From: Azolla caroliniana
Lineage: Eukaryota > Plantae > Polypodiophyta
Direction: 5' to 3'
NCBI GenBank assembly: GCA_043228905.1
Contig: JBHGNT010000002.1
Coordinates: forward strand, 1 to 64,000
Length of the DNA: 64,000 bases
Position numbers and translations under genes: made by a program. A model generated the notes under the pieces. It had not been told where the DNA came from, made no database searches, and saw only the letters and a list, made by a program, of their open reading frames with translations. Of this stretch, positions 41,951 to 56,900 are shown piece by piece. Every line of letters starts with the position of its first letter. Within the stretch, counting starts at the first letter, position 1.

Positions 41951-44900
41951 AAAATCTTGAATATTTAATTCCATATCATAGCTAGCGTTGTTAGCTTCGA
42001 TTCGCATGTTTGAACACAAAAATCCGATATTACACGAGCCAGGTATGAACATTTTCATTTACCTACTAGCTCTTCTCAACTCACTCCTCAAATTTGGTAT
42101 TTTCGTCATGTCTCTCGAACTGAGTTTCAAAATCTTAAATTTTTAATTCCATATCATAGCTAGCGTTGTTAGCTTCGATTCGCATGTTTGAACACAAAAA
42201 TCCGATATTACACGAGCCAGGTATGAACATTTTAATTTACTCAAGGGCTCCTCTCAACTCACTACTCATGTTTACTATTTTCGTCATGTCTGTGGACCTG
42301 AGTTTCAAAATCTTGATTTTTGAATTCCATATCATAGCTAGCGTTGTTAGCTTCGATTCGCATGTTTGAACACAAAAATCCGATATCACACGAGCCAGGT
42401 ATGAACATTTTAATTTACTCAAGGGCTCCTCTCAACTCCCTCCTCATGTTTGCTAATTTCGTCGTGTCTCTCGACCTGAGTTTCAAAATCTTGATTTATT
42501 AATTCCATATCATAGCTAGCGTTGTTAGCGTCGATTCGCATGTTTGAACACAAAAATCCGATATCACACAAGCCAGGTATGAACATTTTAATTTACCTAC
42601 TAGCTCTTCTCAACTCACTCCTCAAATTTGGTAATTTCGTCATGTCTCTCGACCTGAGTTTCAGAATCTTGATTTTTGAATTCCATATCATAACTAGCGT
42701 TGTTAGCTTCGATTCGCATGTTTGAACCCAAAAATCCGATATCACACGAGCCACGTATGAACATTTTATTTTACTCAAGGGCTCCTCTCAACTCCCTCCT
42801 CATGTTTGCTAATTTCGTCGTGTCTCTGGACCTGAGTTTCAAAATCTTGATTTTTGAATTCCATATCATAGCTAGCGTTGTTATATTTGATTCGCATGTT
42901 TGAACACAAAAATCCGATATCACACGAGCCAGGTATGAACATTTTTCATTTACCCACTAGCTCTTCTCAACTCACTCCTCAAATTTGGTATTTTCGTCAT
43001 GTCTCTCGACCTCAGTTTCAAAATCTTGAATTTTCAATTCCATATCATAGCTAGCGTTGTTAGCTTCGATTCGCATATTTGAACACAAAAATCCGATATC
43101 ACACGAGCCAGGTATGAACATTTTAATTTACTCAAGGGCTCCTCTCAACTCCCTCCTCATGTTTGCTAATTTTGTCGTGTCTCTCGACCTGAGTTTCAAA
43201 ATCTTGATTTATTAATTCCATATCATAGCTAGCGTTGTTAGCTTCGATTCGCATGTTTGAACACAAAAATCCGATATCACACAAGCCAGGTATGAACATT
43301 TTAATTTACCTACTAGCTCTTCTCAACTCACTCCTCAAATTTGGTATTTTCGTCATGTCTCTCGAACTGAGTTTCAAAATCTTGAATTTTTAATTCCATA
43401 TCATAGCTAGCGTTGTTAGCTTCGATTCGCATGTTTGAACACAAAAATCCGATATTACACGAGCCAGGTATGAACATTTTCATTTACCTACTAGCTCTTC
43501 TCAACTCACTCCTCAAATTTGGTATTTTCGTCATGTCTCTCGAACTGAGTTTCAAAATCTTGAATTTTTAATTCCATATCATAGCTAGCGTTGTTAGCTT
43601 CGATTCGCATGTTTGAACACAAAAATCCGATATCACACGAGCCAGGTATGAACATTTTAATTTACTCAAGGGCTCCTCTCAACTCCCTCCTCATGTTTGC
43701 TAATTTTGTCGTGTCTCTCGACCTGAGTTTCAAAATCTTGATTTATTAATTCCATATCATAGCTAGCGTTGTTAGCTTCGATTCGCATGTTTGAACACAA
43801 AAATCCGATATCACACAAGCCAGGTATGAACATTTTAATTTACCTACTAGCTCTTCTCAACTCACTCCTCAAATTTGGTATTTTCGTCATGTCTCTCGAA
43901 CTGAGTTTCAAAATCTTGAATTTTTAATTCCATATCATAGCTAGCGTTGTTATCTTCGATTCGCATGTTTGAACACAAAAATCCGATATTACACGAGCCA
44001 GGTATGAACATTTTAATTTACTCAAGGGCTCCTCTCAACTCACTACTCATGTTTACTATTTTCGTCATGTCTGTGGACCTGAGTTTCAAAATCTTGATTT
44101 TTGAATTCCATATCATAGCTAGCGTTGTTAGCTTCGATTCGCATGTTTGAACACAAAAATCCGATATCACACGAGCCAGGTATGAACATTTTAATTTACT
44201 CAAGGGCTCCTCTCAACTCCCTCCTCATGTTTGCTAATTTCGTCGTGTCTGTCGACCTGAGTTTCAAAATGTTGATTTATTAATTCCATATCAATGCTAG
44301 CGTTGTGAGCTTCGATTCCCATGTTTGAACACAAAAATCCGATATCACACAAGCCAGGTATGAACATTTTAATTTACCTACTAGCTCTTCTCAACTCACT
44401 CCGCAAATTTGGTAATTTCGTCATGTCTCTCGACCTGAGTTTCAGAATCTTGATTTTTGAATTCCATATCATAACTAGCGTTATTAGCTTCGATTCGCAT
44501 GTTTGAACCCAAAAATCCGATATCACACGAGCCACGTATGAACATTTTATTTTACTCAAGGGCTCCTCTCAACTCCCTCCTCATGTTTGCTAATTTCGTC
44601 GTGTCTCTGGACCTGAGTTTCAAAATCTTGATTTTTGAATTCCATATCATAGCTAGCGTTGTTAGCTTCGATTCGCATGTTTGAACACAAAAATCCGATA
44701 TCACACGAGCCAGGTATGAACATTTTATTTTACTGAAGGGGTCCTCTCAACTCCCTCCTCATGTTTGCTCATTTCGTCGTGTCTCTCGACCTGAGTTTCA
44801 AAATCTTGATTTTTGAATTCCATATCATAGCTAGCGTTGTTATCTTTGATTCGCATGTTTGAACACCAAAATCCGATATCACACGAGCCAGGTATGAACA

Positions 44901-47900
44901 TTGTTCATTTACCCACTAGCTCTTCTCAACTCACTCCTCAAATTTGGTATTTTCGTCATGTCTCTCGACCTGAGTTTCAAAATCTTGAATTTTCAATTCC
45001 ATATCATAGCTAGCGTTGTTAGCTTCGATTCGCATGTTTGAACACAAAAATCCGATATCACACGAGCCAGGTATGAACATTTTAATTTACTCAAGGGCTC
45101 CTCTCAACTCCCTCCTCATGTTTGCTAATTTTGTCGTGTCTCTCGACCTGAGTTTCAAAATCTTGATTTATTAATTCCATATCATAGCTAGCGTTGTTAG
45201 CTTCGATTCGCATGTTTGAACACAAAAATCCGATATCACACGAGCCAGGTATGAACATTTTATTTTACTGAAGGGGTCCTCTCAACTCACTACTCATGTT
45301 TGCTCATTTCGTCGTGTCTCTGGACCTGAGTTTCAAAATCTTGATTTTTGAATTCCATATCATAGCTAGCGTTGTTATCTTTGATTCGCATGTTTGAACA
45401 CAAAAATCCGATATCACACGAGCCAGGTATGAACATTGTTCATTTACCCACTAGCTCTTCTCAACTCACTCCTCAAATTTGGTATTTTCGTCATGTCTCT
45501 CGACCTGAGTTTCAAAATCTTGAATTTTCAATTCCATATCATAGCTAGCGTTGTTAGCTTCGATTCGCATGTTTGAACACAAAAATCCGATATCACACGA
45601 GCCAGGTATGAACATTTTAATTTACTCAAGGGCTCCTCTCAACTCCCTCCTCATGTTTGCTAATTTCGTCATGTCTCTCAACCTGAGTTTCAAAATCTTG
45701 ATTTTTGAATTCCATATCATAGCTAGCGTTGTTATCTTCGATTCGCATGTTTGAACACAAAAATCCGATATCACACGAGCCAGGTATGAACATTTTTCAT
45801 TTACCCACTAGCTCTTCTCAACTCCCTCCTCAAATTTGGTATTTTCGTCATGTCTCTCGACCTGAGTTTCAAAATCTTGATTTTTCAATTCCATATCATA
45901 GCTAGCGTTGTTAGCTTCGATTCGCATGTTTGAACACAAAAATCCGATATCACACGAGCCAGGTATAAACATTTTAATTTACTCAAGGGCTCCTCTCAAC
46001 TCCCTCCTCATGTTTGCTAATTTTGTCGTGTCTCTCGACCTGAGTTTCAAAATCTTGATTTTCTAATTCCATATCATAGCTAGCGTTGTTAGCTTCGATT
46101 CGCATGTTTGAACACAAAAATCCGATATTACACGAGCCAGATATGAACATTTTAATTTACTCAAGGGCTACTCTCAACTCACTACTCATGTTTGCTAATT
46201 TCGTCATGTCTCTCGAACTGAGTTTCAAAATCTTGATTTTTCAATACCATATCATAGCTGGCGTTGTTAGCTTCGATTCACATGTTTGAACATAAAAATC
46301 CGATATCACACGAGCCAGGTATGAACATTTTAATTTACTCAAGGGCTCCTCTCAACTCACTACTCATGTTTGCTAATTTCGTCCTGTCTCTCGAACTGAG
46401 TTTCAAAATATTGATTTTTGAATTCCATATCATAGCTAGCGTTGTTAGCTTCGATTCGCATGTTTGAACACAAAAATCCGATATCACACGAGCCAGGTAT
46501 GAACATTTTAATTTACTCACTAGCTCTTCTCAACTCACTCCTCAAATTTGGTATTTTCGTCATGTCTCTCGACCTGAGTTTCAAAATCTTCATTTTTTAA
46601 TATCCATATCATAGCTAGCGTTGGTAGCTTCGATTCACATGTTTGAACACAAAAATCCGATATCACACGAGTCAGGTATGAACATTTTCCTTTACCCACT
46701 AGCTCTTCTCAACTCACTACTCATGTTCGCTAATTTCGTCCTGTCTCTCGAACTGAGTTTCAAAATCTTGATTTTTGAATTCCATATCATAGCTAGCGTT
46801 GTTAGCTTCGATTCGCATGTTTGAACACAAAAATCCGATTTCACACGAGCCAGGTATGAACATTTTATTTTACTCAAGGGCTCCTCTCAACTCCCTCCTC
46901 ATGTTTGCTAATTTCGTCGTGTCTCTGGACCTGAGTTTCAAAATCTTGATTTTTGAATTCCATATCATAGCTAGCGTTGTTATCTTCGATTCGCATGTTT
47001 GAACACAAAAATCCGATATCACACGAGCCAGGTATGAACATTTTCATTTACTCACTAGCTCTTCTCAACTCACTCCTCAAATTTGGTATTTTCGTCATGT
47101 CTCTCGATCTGAGTTTCAAAATCTTGATTTTTCAATTCCATATCATGGCTAGCGTTGTTAGCTTCGATTCGCATGTTTGAACACAAAAATCCGATATCAC
47201 ACGAGCCAGGTATGAACATTTTCATTTACTCAAGGGCTCCTCTCAACTCACTACTCATGTTTGGTAATTTAATCATGTCTCTCGACCTGAGTTTCAAAAT
47301 CTTGAATTTTCAATTCCATATCATGGCTAGCGTTGTTAGCTTCGATTCGCATCTTTGAACACAAAAATCCGATATCACACGAGCCAGGTATGAACATTTT
47401 AATTTACCCACAAGCTTTTCTCAACTCACTCCTCAAATTTGGTAATTTCGTCATGTCTCTCGACCTGAGTTTCAAAATCTTGATTTTTTAATTCCATATC
47501 ATAGCTAGCGTTGTTAGCTTCGATTCGCATTTTTGAACCCAAAAATCCGATATCACACGAGCCAGGTATGAACATTTTCCTTTACCCACTAGCTCTTCTC
47601 AACTCACTCCTAAAATTTGGTATTTTCGTCATGTCTCTCGACCTGAGTTTCAAAATCTTGATTTATTAATTCCATATCATAGCTAGCGTTGTTAGCTTCG
47701 ATTCGCATGTTTGAACACAAAAATCCGATATTACACGAGCCAGCTATGAACATTTTAATTTACTCAAGGGCTCCTCTCAACTCACTACTCATGTTTGCTC
47801 ATTTCGTCATGTCTCTCGACCTGAGTTTCAAATTCTTGATTTTTGAATTCCATATCATAGCTATTGTTGTTAGCTTCGATTCGCATGTTTGAACACAAAA

Positions 47901-48756
47901 ATCCGATATCAGACGAACCAGGTATGAACATTTTCATTTCCCCACTAGGTCTTCTCAACTCACTCCTCAAATTTGGTATTTTCGTCATGTCTCTAGACCT
48001 GAGTTTTAAAATCTTGAATTTTCAATTCCATATCATGGCTACCGTTGTTAGCTTCGATTCGCATGTTTGAACACAAAAATCCGATATCACACGAGCCAGG
48101 TATGAACATTTTAATTTACTCAAGGGGTCCTCTCAACTCCCTCCTCATGTTTGCTAATTTTGTCGTGTCTCTCGACCTGAGTTTCAAAATCTTGATTTAT
48201 AAATTCCATATCATAGCTAGCGTTGTTAGCTTCGATTCGCATGTTTGAACACAAAAATCCGATATCACACGAGCCAGGTATGAACATTTTAATTTACTCA
48301 AGGGCTACTCTCAACTCACTACTCATGTTTGCTAATTTCGTCATGTCTCTCGAACTGAGTTTCAAAATCTTGATTTTTGAATTCCATATCATAGCTGGCG
48401 TTGTTAGCTTCGATTCACATGTTTGAACATAAAAATCCGATATCACACGAGCCAGGTATGAACATTTTAATTTACTCAAGGGCTCCTCTCAACTCACTAC
48501 TCATGTTTGCTAATTTCGTCCTGTCTCTCGAACTGAGTTTCAAAATATTGATTTTTTAATTCCATATCATAGCTAGCGTTGTTAGCTTCGATTCGCATAT
48601 TTGAACACAAAAATCCGATATCACACGAGCCAGGTATGAACATTTTAATTTACTCAAAGGCTCCTATCAACTCACTACTCATGTTTGCTAATTTCGTCAT
48701 GTCTCTCGACCTGAGATTCAAAATCTTGATTTTTGAATTCCATATCATAGTTAGCG

Positions 48757-51700
48757 TTGTTAGCTTCGATTCGCATGTTTGAACACAAATATCCGATATT
48801 ACACGAGCCATGTATGAACATTTTAATTTACTCAAGGGCTTCGCTCAACTCACTACTCATGTTTGCTAATTTCGTCATGTCTCTCGACGGGAGTTTCAAA
48901 ATCTTGATTTTTGAATTCCATATCATAGTTAGCGTTGTTAGCTTCGATTCGCATGTTTGAACACAAAAATCCGATATCAGACGAGCCAGGTATGAACATT
49001 TTCATTTACTCAAGGGCTCCTCTCAACTCCCTCCTCATGTTTGCTAATTTGTCATGTCTCTCGACCTGAGTTTCAAAATCTTGAGTTTTCAATTCCATAT
49101 CGTGGCTAGCATTTTAATTTACCTACTAGCTCTTCTCAACTCACTCCTCAAATTTGGTAATTTCGTCATGTCTCTCGACTTGAGTTTCAAAATGTTGATT
49201 TATTAATTCCATATCATAGCTAGCGTTGTTAGCTTCGATTCGCATGTTTGAACACAAAAATCCGATATTACACGAGCCAACTCACTACTCATGTTTGCTA
49301 ATTTCGTCATGTCTCTCGACCTGAGTTTCAAAATCTTGATTTTTGAATTCCATATCATAGCTATTGTTGTTAGCTTCGATTCGCATGTTTGAACACAAAA
49401 ATCCGATATCAGACGAACCAGGTATGAACATTTTCATTTCCCCACTAGGTCTTCTGAACTCACTCCTCAAATTTGGTATTTTCGTCATGTCTCTAGACCT
49501 GAGTTTTAAAATCTTGAATTTTCAATTCCATATCATGGCTACCGTTGTTAGCTTCGATTCGCATGTTTGAACACAAAAATCCGATATCACACGAGCCAGG
49601 TATGAACATTTTAATTTACTCAAGGGGTCCTCTCAACTCCCTCCTCATGTTTGCTAATTTTGTCGTGTCTCTCGACCTGAGTTTCAAAATCTTGATTTAT
49701 AAATTCCATATCATAGCTAGCGTTGTTAGCTTCGATTCGCATGTTTGAACACAAAAATCCGATATCACACGAGCCAGGTATGAACATTTTAATTTACTCA
49801 AGGGCTACTCTCAACTCACTACTCATGTTTGCTAATTTCGTCATGTCTCTCGAACTGAGTTTCAAAATCTTGATTTTTGAATTCCATATCATAGCTGGCG
49901 TTGTTAGCTTCGATTCGCATGTTTGAACACAAAAATCCGATATTACACGAGCCAGGTATGAATATTTTAATTTACTCAAGGGCTCCTCTCAACTCACTTC
50001 TCAAATTTGGTAATTTAATCATGTCTCCCGACCTGAGTTTCAAAATCCTGATTTTTCAATTCCATATCATAGCTAGCGTTGTTAGCTTCGATTCGCATGT
50101 TTGAACACAAAAATCCGATATCACACGAGCCAGGTATGAACATTTTAATTTACTCAAGGGGTCCTCTCAACTCCCTCCTCATGTTTGCTAATTTTGTCGT
50201 GTCTCTCGACCTGAGTTTCAAAATCTTGATTTATTAATTCCATATCATAGCTAGTGTTGTTAGCTTCGATTCGCATGTTTGAACACAAAAATCCGATATC
50301 ACACGAGCCAGGTATGAACATTTTAATTTACTCAAGGGCTACTCTCAACTCACTACTCATGTTTGCTAATTTCGTCATGTCTCTCGAACTGAGTTTCAAA
50401 ATCTTGATTTTTCAATTCCATATCATAGCTAGCGTTGTTAGCTTCGATTCGCATGTTTGAACACAAATATCCGATATTACACGAGCCATGTATGAACATT
50501 TTAATTTACTCAAGGGCTTCGCTCAACTCACTACTCATGTTTGCTAATTTCGTCATGTCTCTCGACGGGAGTTTCAAAATCTTGATTTTTGAATTCCATA
50601 TCATAGTTAGCGTTGTTAGCTTCGATTCGCATGTTTGAACACAAAAATCCGATATCAGACGAGCCAGGTATGAACATTTTCATTTACTCAAGGGCTCCTC
50701 TCAACTCCCTCCTCATGTTTGCTAATTTGTCATGTCTCTCGACCTGAGTTTCAAAATCTTGAGTTTTCAATTCCATATCGTGGCTAGCATTTTAATTTAC
50801 CTACTAGCTCTTCTCAACTCACTCCTCAAATTTGGTAATTTCGTCATGTCTCTCGACTTGAGTTTCAAAATGTTGATTTATTAATTCCATATCATAGCTA
50901 GCGTTGTTAGCTTCGATTCGCATGTTTGAACACAAAAATCCGATATTACACGAGCCAACTCACTACTCATGTTTGCTAATTTCGTCATGTCTCTCGACCT
51001 GAGTTTCAAAATCTTGATTTTTGAATTCCATATCATAGCTATTGTTGTTAGCTTCGATTCGCATGTTTGAACACAAAAATCCGATATCAGACGAACCAGG
51101 TATGAACATTTTCATTTCCCCACTAGGTCTTCTCAACTCACTCCTCAAATTTGGTATTTTCGTCATGTCTCTAGACCTGAGTTTTAAAATCTTGAATTTT
51201 CAATTCCATATCATGGCTACCGTTGTTAGCTTCGATTCGCATGTTTGAACACAAAAATCCGATATCACACGAGCCAGGTATGAACATTTTAATTTACTCA
51301 AGGGGTCCTCTCAACTCCCTCCTCATGTTTGCTAATTTTGTCGTGTCTCTCGACCTGAGTTTCAAAATCTTGATTTATAAATTCCATATCATAGCTAGCG
51401 TTGTTAGCTTCGATTCGCATGTTTGAACACAAAAATCCGATATCACACGAGCCAGGTATGAACATTTTAATTTACTCAAGGGCTACTCTCAACTCACTAC
51501 TCATGTTTGCTAATTTCGTCATGTCTCTCGAACTGAGTTTCAAAATCTTGATTTTTGAATTCCATATCATAGCTGGCGTTGTTAGCTTCGATTCGCATGT
51601 TTGAACACAAAAATCCGATATTACACGAGCCAGGTATGAATATTTTAATTTACTCAAGGGCTCCTCTCAACTCACTTCTCAAATTTGGTAATTTAATCAT

Positions 51701-53790
51701 GTCTCCCGACCTGAGTTTCAAAATCCTGATTTTTCAATTCCATATCATAGCTAGCGTTGTTAGCTTCGATTCGCATGTTTGAACACAAAAATCCGATATC
51801 ACACGAGCCAGGTATGAACATTTTAATTTACTCAAGGGGTCCTCTCAACTCCCTCCTCATGTTTGCTAATTTTGTCGTGTCTCTCGACCTGAGTTTCAAA
51901 ATCTTGATTTATTAATTCCATATCATAGCTAGTGTTGTTAGCTTCGATTCGCATGTTTGAACACAAAAATCCGATATCACACGAGCCAGGTATGAACATT
52001 TTAATTTACTCAAGGGCTACTCTCAACTCACTACTCATGTTTGCTAATTTCGTCATGTCTCTCGAACTGAGTTTCAAAATCTTGATTTTTCAATTCCATA
52101 TCATAGCTAGCGTTGTTAGCTTCGATTCGCATGTTTGAACACAAATATCCGATATTACACGAGCCATGTATGAACATTTTAATTTACTCAAGGGCTTCGC
52201 TCAACTCACTACTCATGTTTGCTAATTTCGTCATGTCTCTCGACGGGAGTTTCAAAATCTTGATTTTTGAATTCCATATCATAGTTAGCGTTGTTAGCTT
52301 CGATTCGCATGTTTGAACACAAAAATCCGATATCAGACGAGCCAGGTATGAACATTTTCATTTACTCAAGGGCTCCTCTCAACTCCCTCCTCATGTTTGC
52401 TAATTTGTCATGTCTCTCGACCTGAGTTTCAAAATCTTGAGTTTTCAATTCCATATCGTGGCTAGCATTTTAATTTACCTACTAGCTCTTCTCAACTCAC
52501 TCCTCAAATTTGGTAATTTCGTCATGTCTCTCGACTTGAGTTTCAAAATGTTGATTTATTAATTCCATATCATAGCTAGCGTTGTTAGCTTCGATTCGCA
52601 TGTTTGAACACAAAAATCCGATATTACACGAGCCAACTCACTACTCATGTTTGCTAATTTCATCATGTCTCTCGACCTGAGTTTCAAAATCTTGATTTTT
52701 GAATTCCATATCATAGCTATTGTTGTTAGCTTCGATTCGCATGTTTGAACACAAAAATCCGATATCAGACGAACCAGGTATGAACATTTTCATTTCCCCA
52801 CTAGGTCTTCTCAACTCACTCCTCAAATTTGGTATTTTCGTCATGTCTCTAGACCTGAGTTTTAAAATCTTGAATTTTCAATTCCATATCATGGCTACCG
52901 TTGTTAGCTTCGATTCGCATGTTTGAACACAAAAATCCGATATCACACGAGCCAGGTATGAACATTTTAATTTACTCAAGGGGTCCTCTCAACTCCCTCC
53001 TCATGTTTGCTAATTTTGTCGTGTCTCTCGACCTGAGTTTCAAAATCTTGATTTATAAATTCCATATCATAGCTAGCGTTGTTAGCTTCGATTCGCATGT
53101 TTGAACACAAAAATCCGATATCACACGAGCCAGGTATGAACATTTTAATTTACTCAAGGGCTACTCTCAACTCACTACTCATGTTTGCTAATTTCGTCAT
53201 GTCTCTCGAACTGAGTTTCAAAATCTTGATTTTTGAATTCCATATCATAGCTGGCGTTGTTAGCTTCGATTCGCATGTTTGAACACAAAAATCCGATATT
53301 ACACGAGCCAGGTATGAATATTTTAATTTACTCAAGGGCTCCTCTCAACTCACTTCTCAAATTTGGTAATTTAATCATGTCTCCCGACCTGAGTTTCAAA
53401 ATCCTGATTTTTCAATTCCATATCATAGCTAGCGTTGTTAGCTTCGATTCGCATGTTTGAACACAAAAATCCGATATCACACGAGCCAGGTATGAACATT
53501 TTAATTTACTCAAGGGGTCCTCTCAACTCCCTCCTCATGTTTGCTAATTTTGTCGTGTCTCTCGACCTGAGTTTCAAAATCTTGATTTATTAATTCCATA
53601 TCATAGCTAGTGTTGTTAGCTTCGATTCGCATGTTTGAACACAAAAATCCGATATCACACGAGCCAGGTATGAACATTTTAATTTACTCAAGGGCTACTC
53701 TCAACTCACTACTCATGTTTGCTAATTTCGTCATGTCTCTCGAACTGAGTTTCAAAATCTTGATATTTGAATTCCATATCATAGCTGGCG
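48757..53790 (+). repeat. Satellite domain 4: 1678-bp HOR, three copies (10 monomers less 102 bp)
   Basis: ORF starts 48757/50435/52113 and 49364/51042/52720. Each unit carries net deletions of 1, 64 and 37 bp, and 1780 - 102 = 1678. Confidence 0.93.
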
Positions 53791-53969
53791 TTGTTAGCTT
53801 CGATTCACATGTTTGAACATAAAAATCCGATATCACACGAGCCAGGTATGAACATTTTAATTTACTCAAGGGCTCCTCTCAACTCACTACTCATGTTTGC
53901 TAATTTCGTCCTGTCTCTCGAACTGAGTTTCAAAATATTGATTTTTGAATTCCATATCATAGCTAGCGT

Positions 53970-56900
53970 TCTTAGCGCTATTCGCATGTTTGAACACAAA
54001 AATCCGATATCACACGAGCCAGGTATGAACATTTTAATTTACTCAAGGGGTCCTCTCAACTCCCTCCTCATGTTTGCTAATTTTGTCGTGTCTCTCGACC
54101 TGAGTTTCAAAATCTTGATTTATAAATTCCATATCATAGCTAGCGTTGTTAGCTTCGATTCGCATGTTTGAACACAAAAATCCGATATCACACGAGCCAG
54201 GTATGAATATTTTAATTTACTCAAGGGCTACTCTCAACTCACTACTCATGTTTGCTAATTTCGTCATGTCTCTCGAACTGAGTTTCAAAATCTTGATTTT
54301 TGAATTCCATATCATAGCTGGCGTTGTTAGCTTCGATTCACATGTTTGAACATAAAAATCCGATATCACACGAGCCAGGTATGAACATTTTAATTTACTC
54401 AAGGGCTCCTCTCAACTCACTACTCATGTTTGCTAATTTCGTCCTGTCTCTCGAACTGAGTTTCAAAATATTGATTTATTAATTCCATATCATAGCTAGC
54501 GTTGTTAGCTTCGATTCGCATATTTGAACACAAAAATCCGATATCACACGAGCCAGGTATGAACATTTTCATTTACTCAAGGGCTCCTCTCAACTCACTA
54601 CTCATGTTTGGTAATTTAATCATGTCTCTCGACCTGAGTTTCAAAATCTTGAATTTTCAATTCCATATCATGGCTAGCGTTGTTAGCTTCGATTCGCATG
54701 TTTGAACACAAAAATCCGATATCACACGATCCAGGTATGAACATTTTCATTTACCCACAAGCTCTTCTCAACTCACTCCTCAAATTTGGTAATTTCGTTA
54801 TGTCTCTCGACCTGAGTTTCAAAATCTTGATTTTTTAATTCCATATCATAGCTAGCGTTGTTAGCTTCGATTCGCATTTTTGAACCCAAAAATCCGATAT
54901 CACACGAGCCAGTTATGAATATTTTAATTTACTCAAGGGCTCCTCTCAACTCCCTCCTCATGTTTGCTAATTTCGTCGTGTCTCTCGACCTGAGTTTCAA
55001 AATCTTGATTTTTTAATTCCATATCATAGCTAGCGTTGTTAGCTTCGATTCACATGTTTGAACACAAAAATCCGATATCACACGAGCCAGGTATGAACAT
55101 TTTATTTTACTCAAGGGCTCCTCTCAACTCCCTCCTCATGTTTGCTAATTTCGTCGTGTCTCTGGACCTGAGTTTCAAATTCTTGATTTTTTAATTCCAT
55201 ATCATAGCTAGCGTTGTTAGCTTCGATTCGCATGTTTGAACACAAAAATCCGATATTACACGAGCCAGGTATGAACATTTTAATTTACTCAAGGGTTCCT
55301 CTCAACTCACTTCTCAAATTTGGTAATTTAATCATGTCTCCCGACCTGAGTTTCAAAATCTTGATTTTTCAATTCCATATCATAGCTGGCGTTGTTAGCT
55401 TCGATTCACATGTTTGAACATAAAAATCCGATATCACACGAGCCAGGTATGAACATTTTAATTTACTCAAGGGCTCCTCTCAACTCACTACTCATGTTTG
55501 CTAATTTCGTCCTGTCTCTCGAACTGAGTTTCAAAATATTAATTTATTAATTCCATATCATAGCTAGCGTTGTTAGCTTCGATTCGCATATTTGAACACA
55601 AAAATCCGATATCACACGAGCCAGGTATGAACATTTTCATTTACTCAAGGGCTCCTCTCAACTCACTACTCATGTTTGGTAATTTAATCATGTCTCTCGA
55701 CCTGAGTTTCAAAATCTTGAATTTTCAATTCCATATCATGGCTAGCGTTGTTAGCTTCGATTCGCATGTTTGAACACAAAAATCCGATATCACACGATCC
55801 AGGTATGAACATTTTCATTTACCCACAAGCTCTTCTCAACTCACTCCTCAAATTTGGTAATTTCGTTATGTCTCTCGACCTGAGTTTCAAAATCTTGATT
55901 TTTTAATTCCATATCATAGCTAGCGTTGTTAGCTTCGATTCGCATTTTTGAACCCAAAAATCCGATATCACACGAGCCAGGTATGAATATTTTAATTTAC
56001 TCAAGGGCTCCTCTCAACTCCCTCCTCATGTTTGCTAATTTCGTCGTGTCTCTCGACCTGAGTTTCAAAATCTTGATTTTTTAATTCCATATCATAGCTA
56101 GCGTTGTTAGCTTCGATTCACATGTTTGAACACAAAAATCCGATATCACACGAGCCAGGTATGAACATTTTAATTTACTCAAGGGGTCCTCTCAACTCCC
56201 TCCTCATGTTTGCTAATTTTGTCGTGTCTCTCGACCTGAGTTTCAAAATCTTGATTTATAAATTCCATATCATAGCTAGCGTTGTTAGCTTCGATTCGCA
56301 TGTTTGAACACAAAAATCCGATATCACACGAGCCAGGTATGAATATTTTAATTTACTCAAGGGCTACTCTCAACTCACTACTCATGTTTGCTAATTTCGT
56401 CATGTCTCTCGAACTGAGTTTCAAAATCTTGATTTTTGAATTCCATATCATAGCTGGCGTTGTTAGCTTCGATTCACATGTTTGAACATAAAAATCCGAT
56501 ATCACACGAGCCAGGTATGAACATTTTAATTTACTCAAGGGCTCCTCTCAACTCACTACTCATGTTTGCTAATTTCGTCCTGTCTCTCGAACTGAGTTTC
56601 AAAATATTGATTTATTAATTCCATATCATAGCTAGCGTTGTTAGCTTCGATTCGCATATTTGAACACAAAAATCCGATATCACACGAGCCAGGTATGAAC
56701 ATTTTCATTTACTCAAGGGCTCCTCTCAACTCACTACTCATGTTTGGTAATTTAATCATGTCTCTCGACCTGAGTTTCAAAATCTTGAATTTTCAATTCC
56801 ATATCATGGCTAGCGTTGTTAGCTTCGATTCGCATGTTTGAACACAAAAATCCGATATCACACGATCCAGGTATGAACATTTTCATTTACCCACAAGCTC

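Noticed and set aside
53791-54171. Longest ORF (126 aa), and the 102-aa and 76-aa ORFs elsewhere
   Set aside because: Read-through produced by indels (-1 bp near 53975, the 81-bp monomer, the +27-bp monomer) that fuse adjacent monomer frames.
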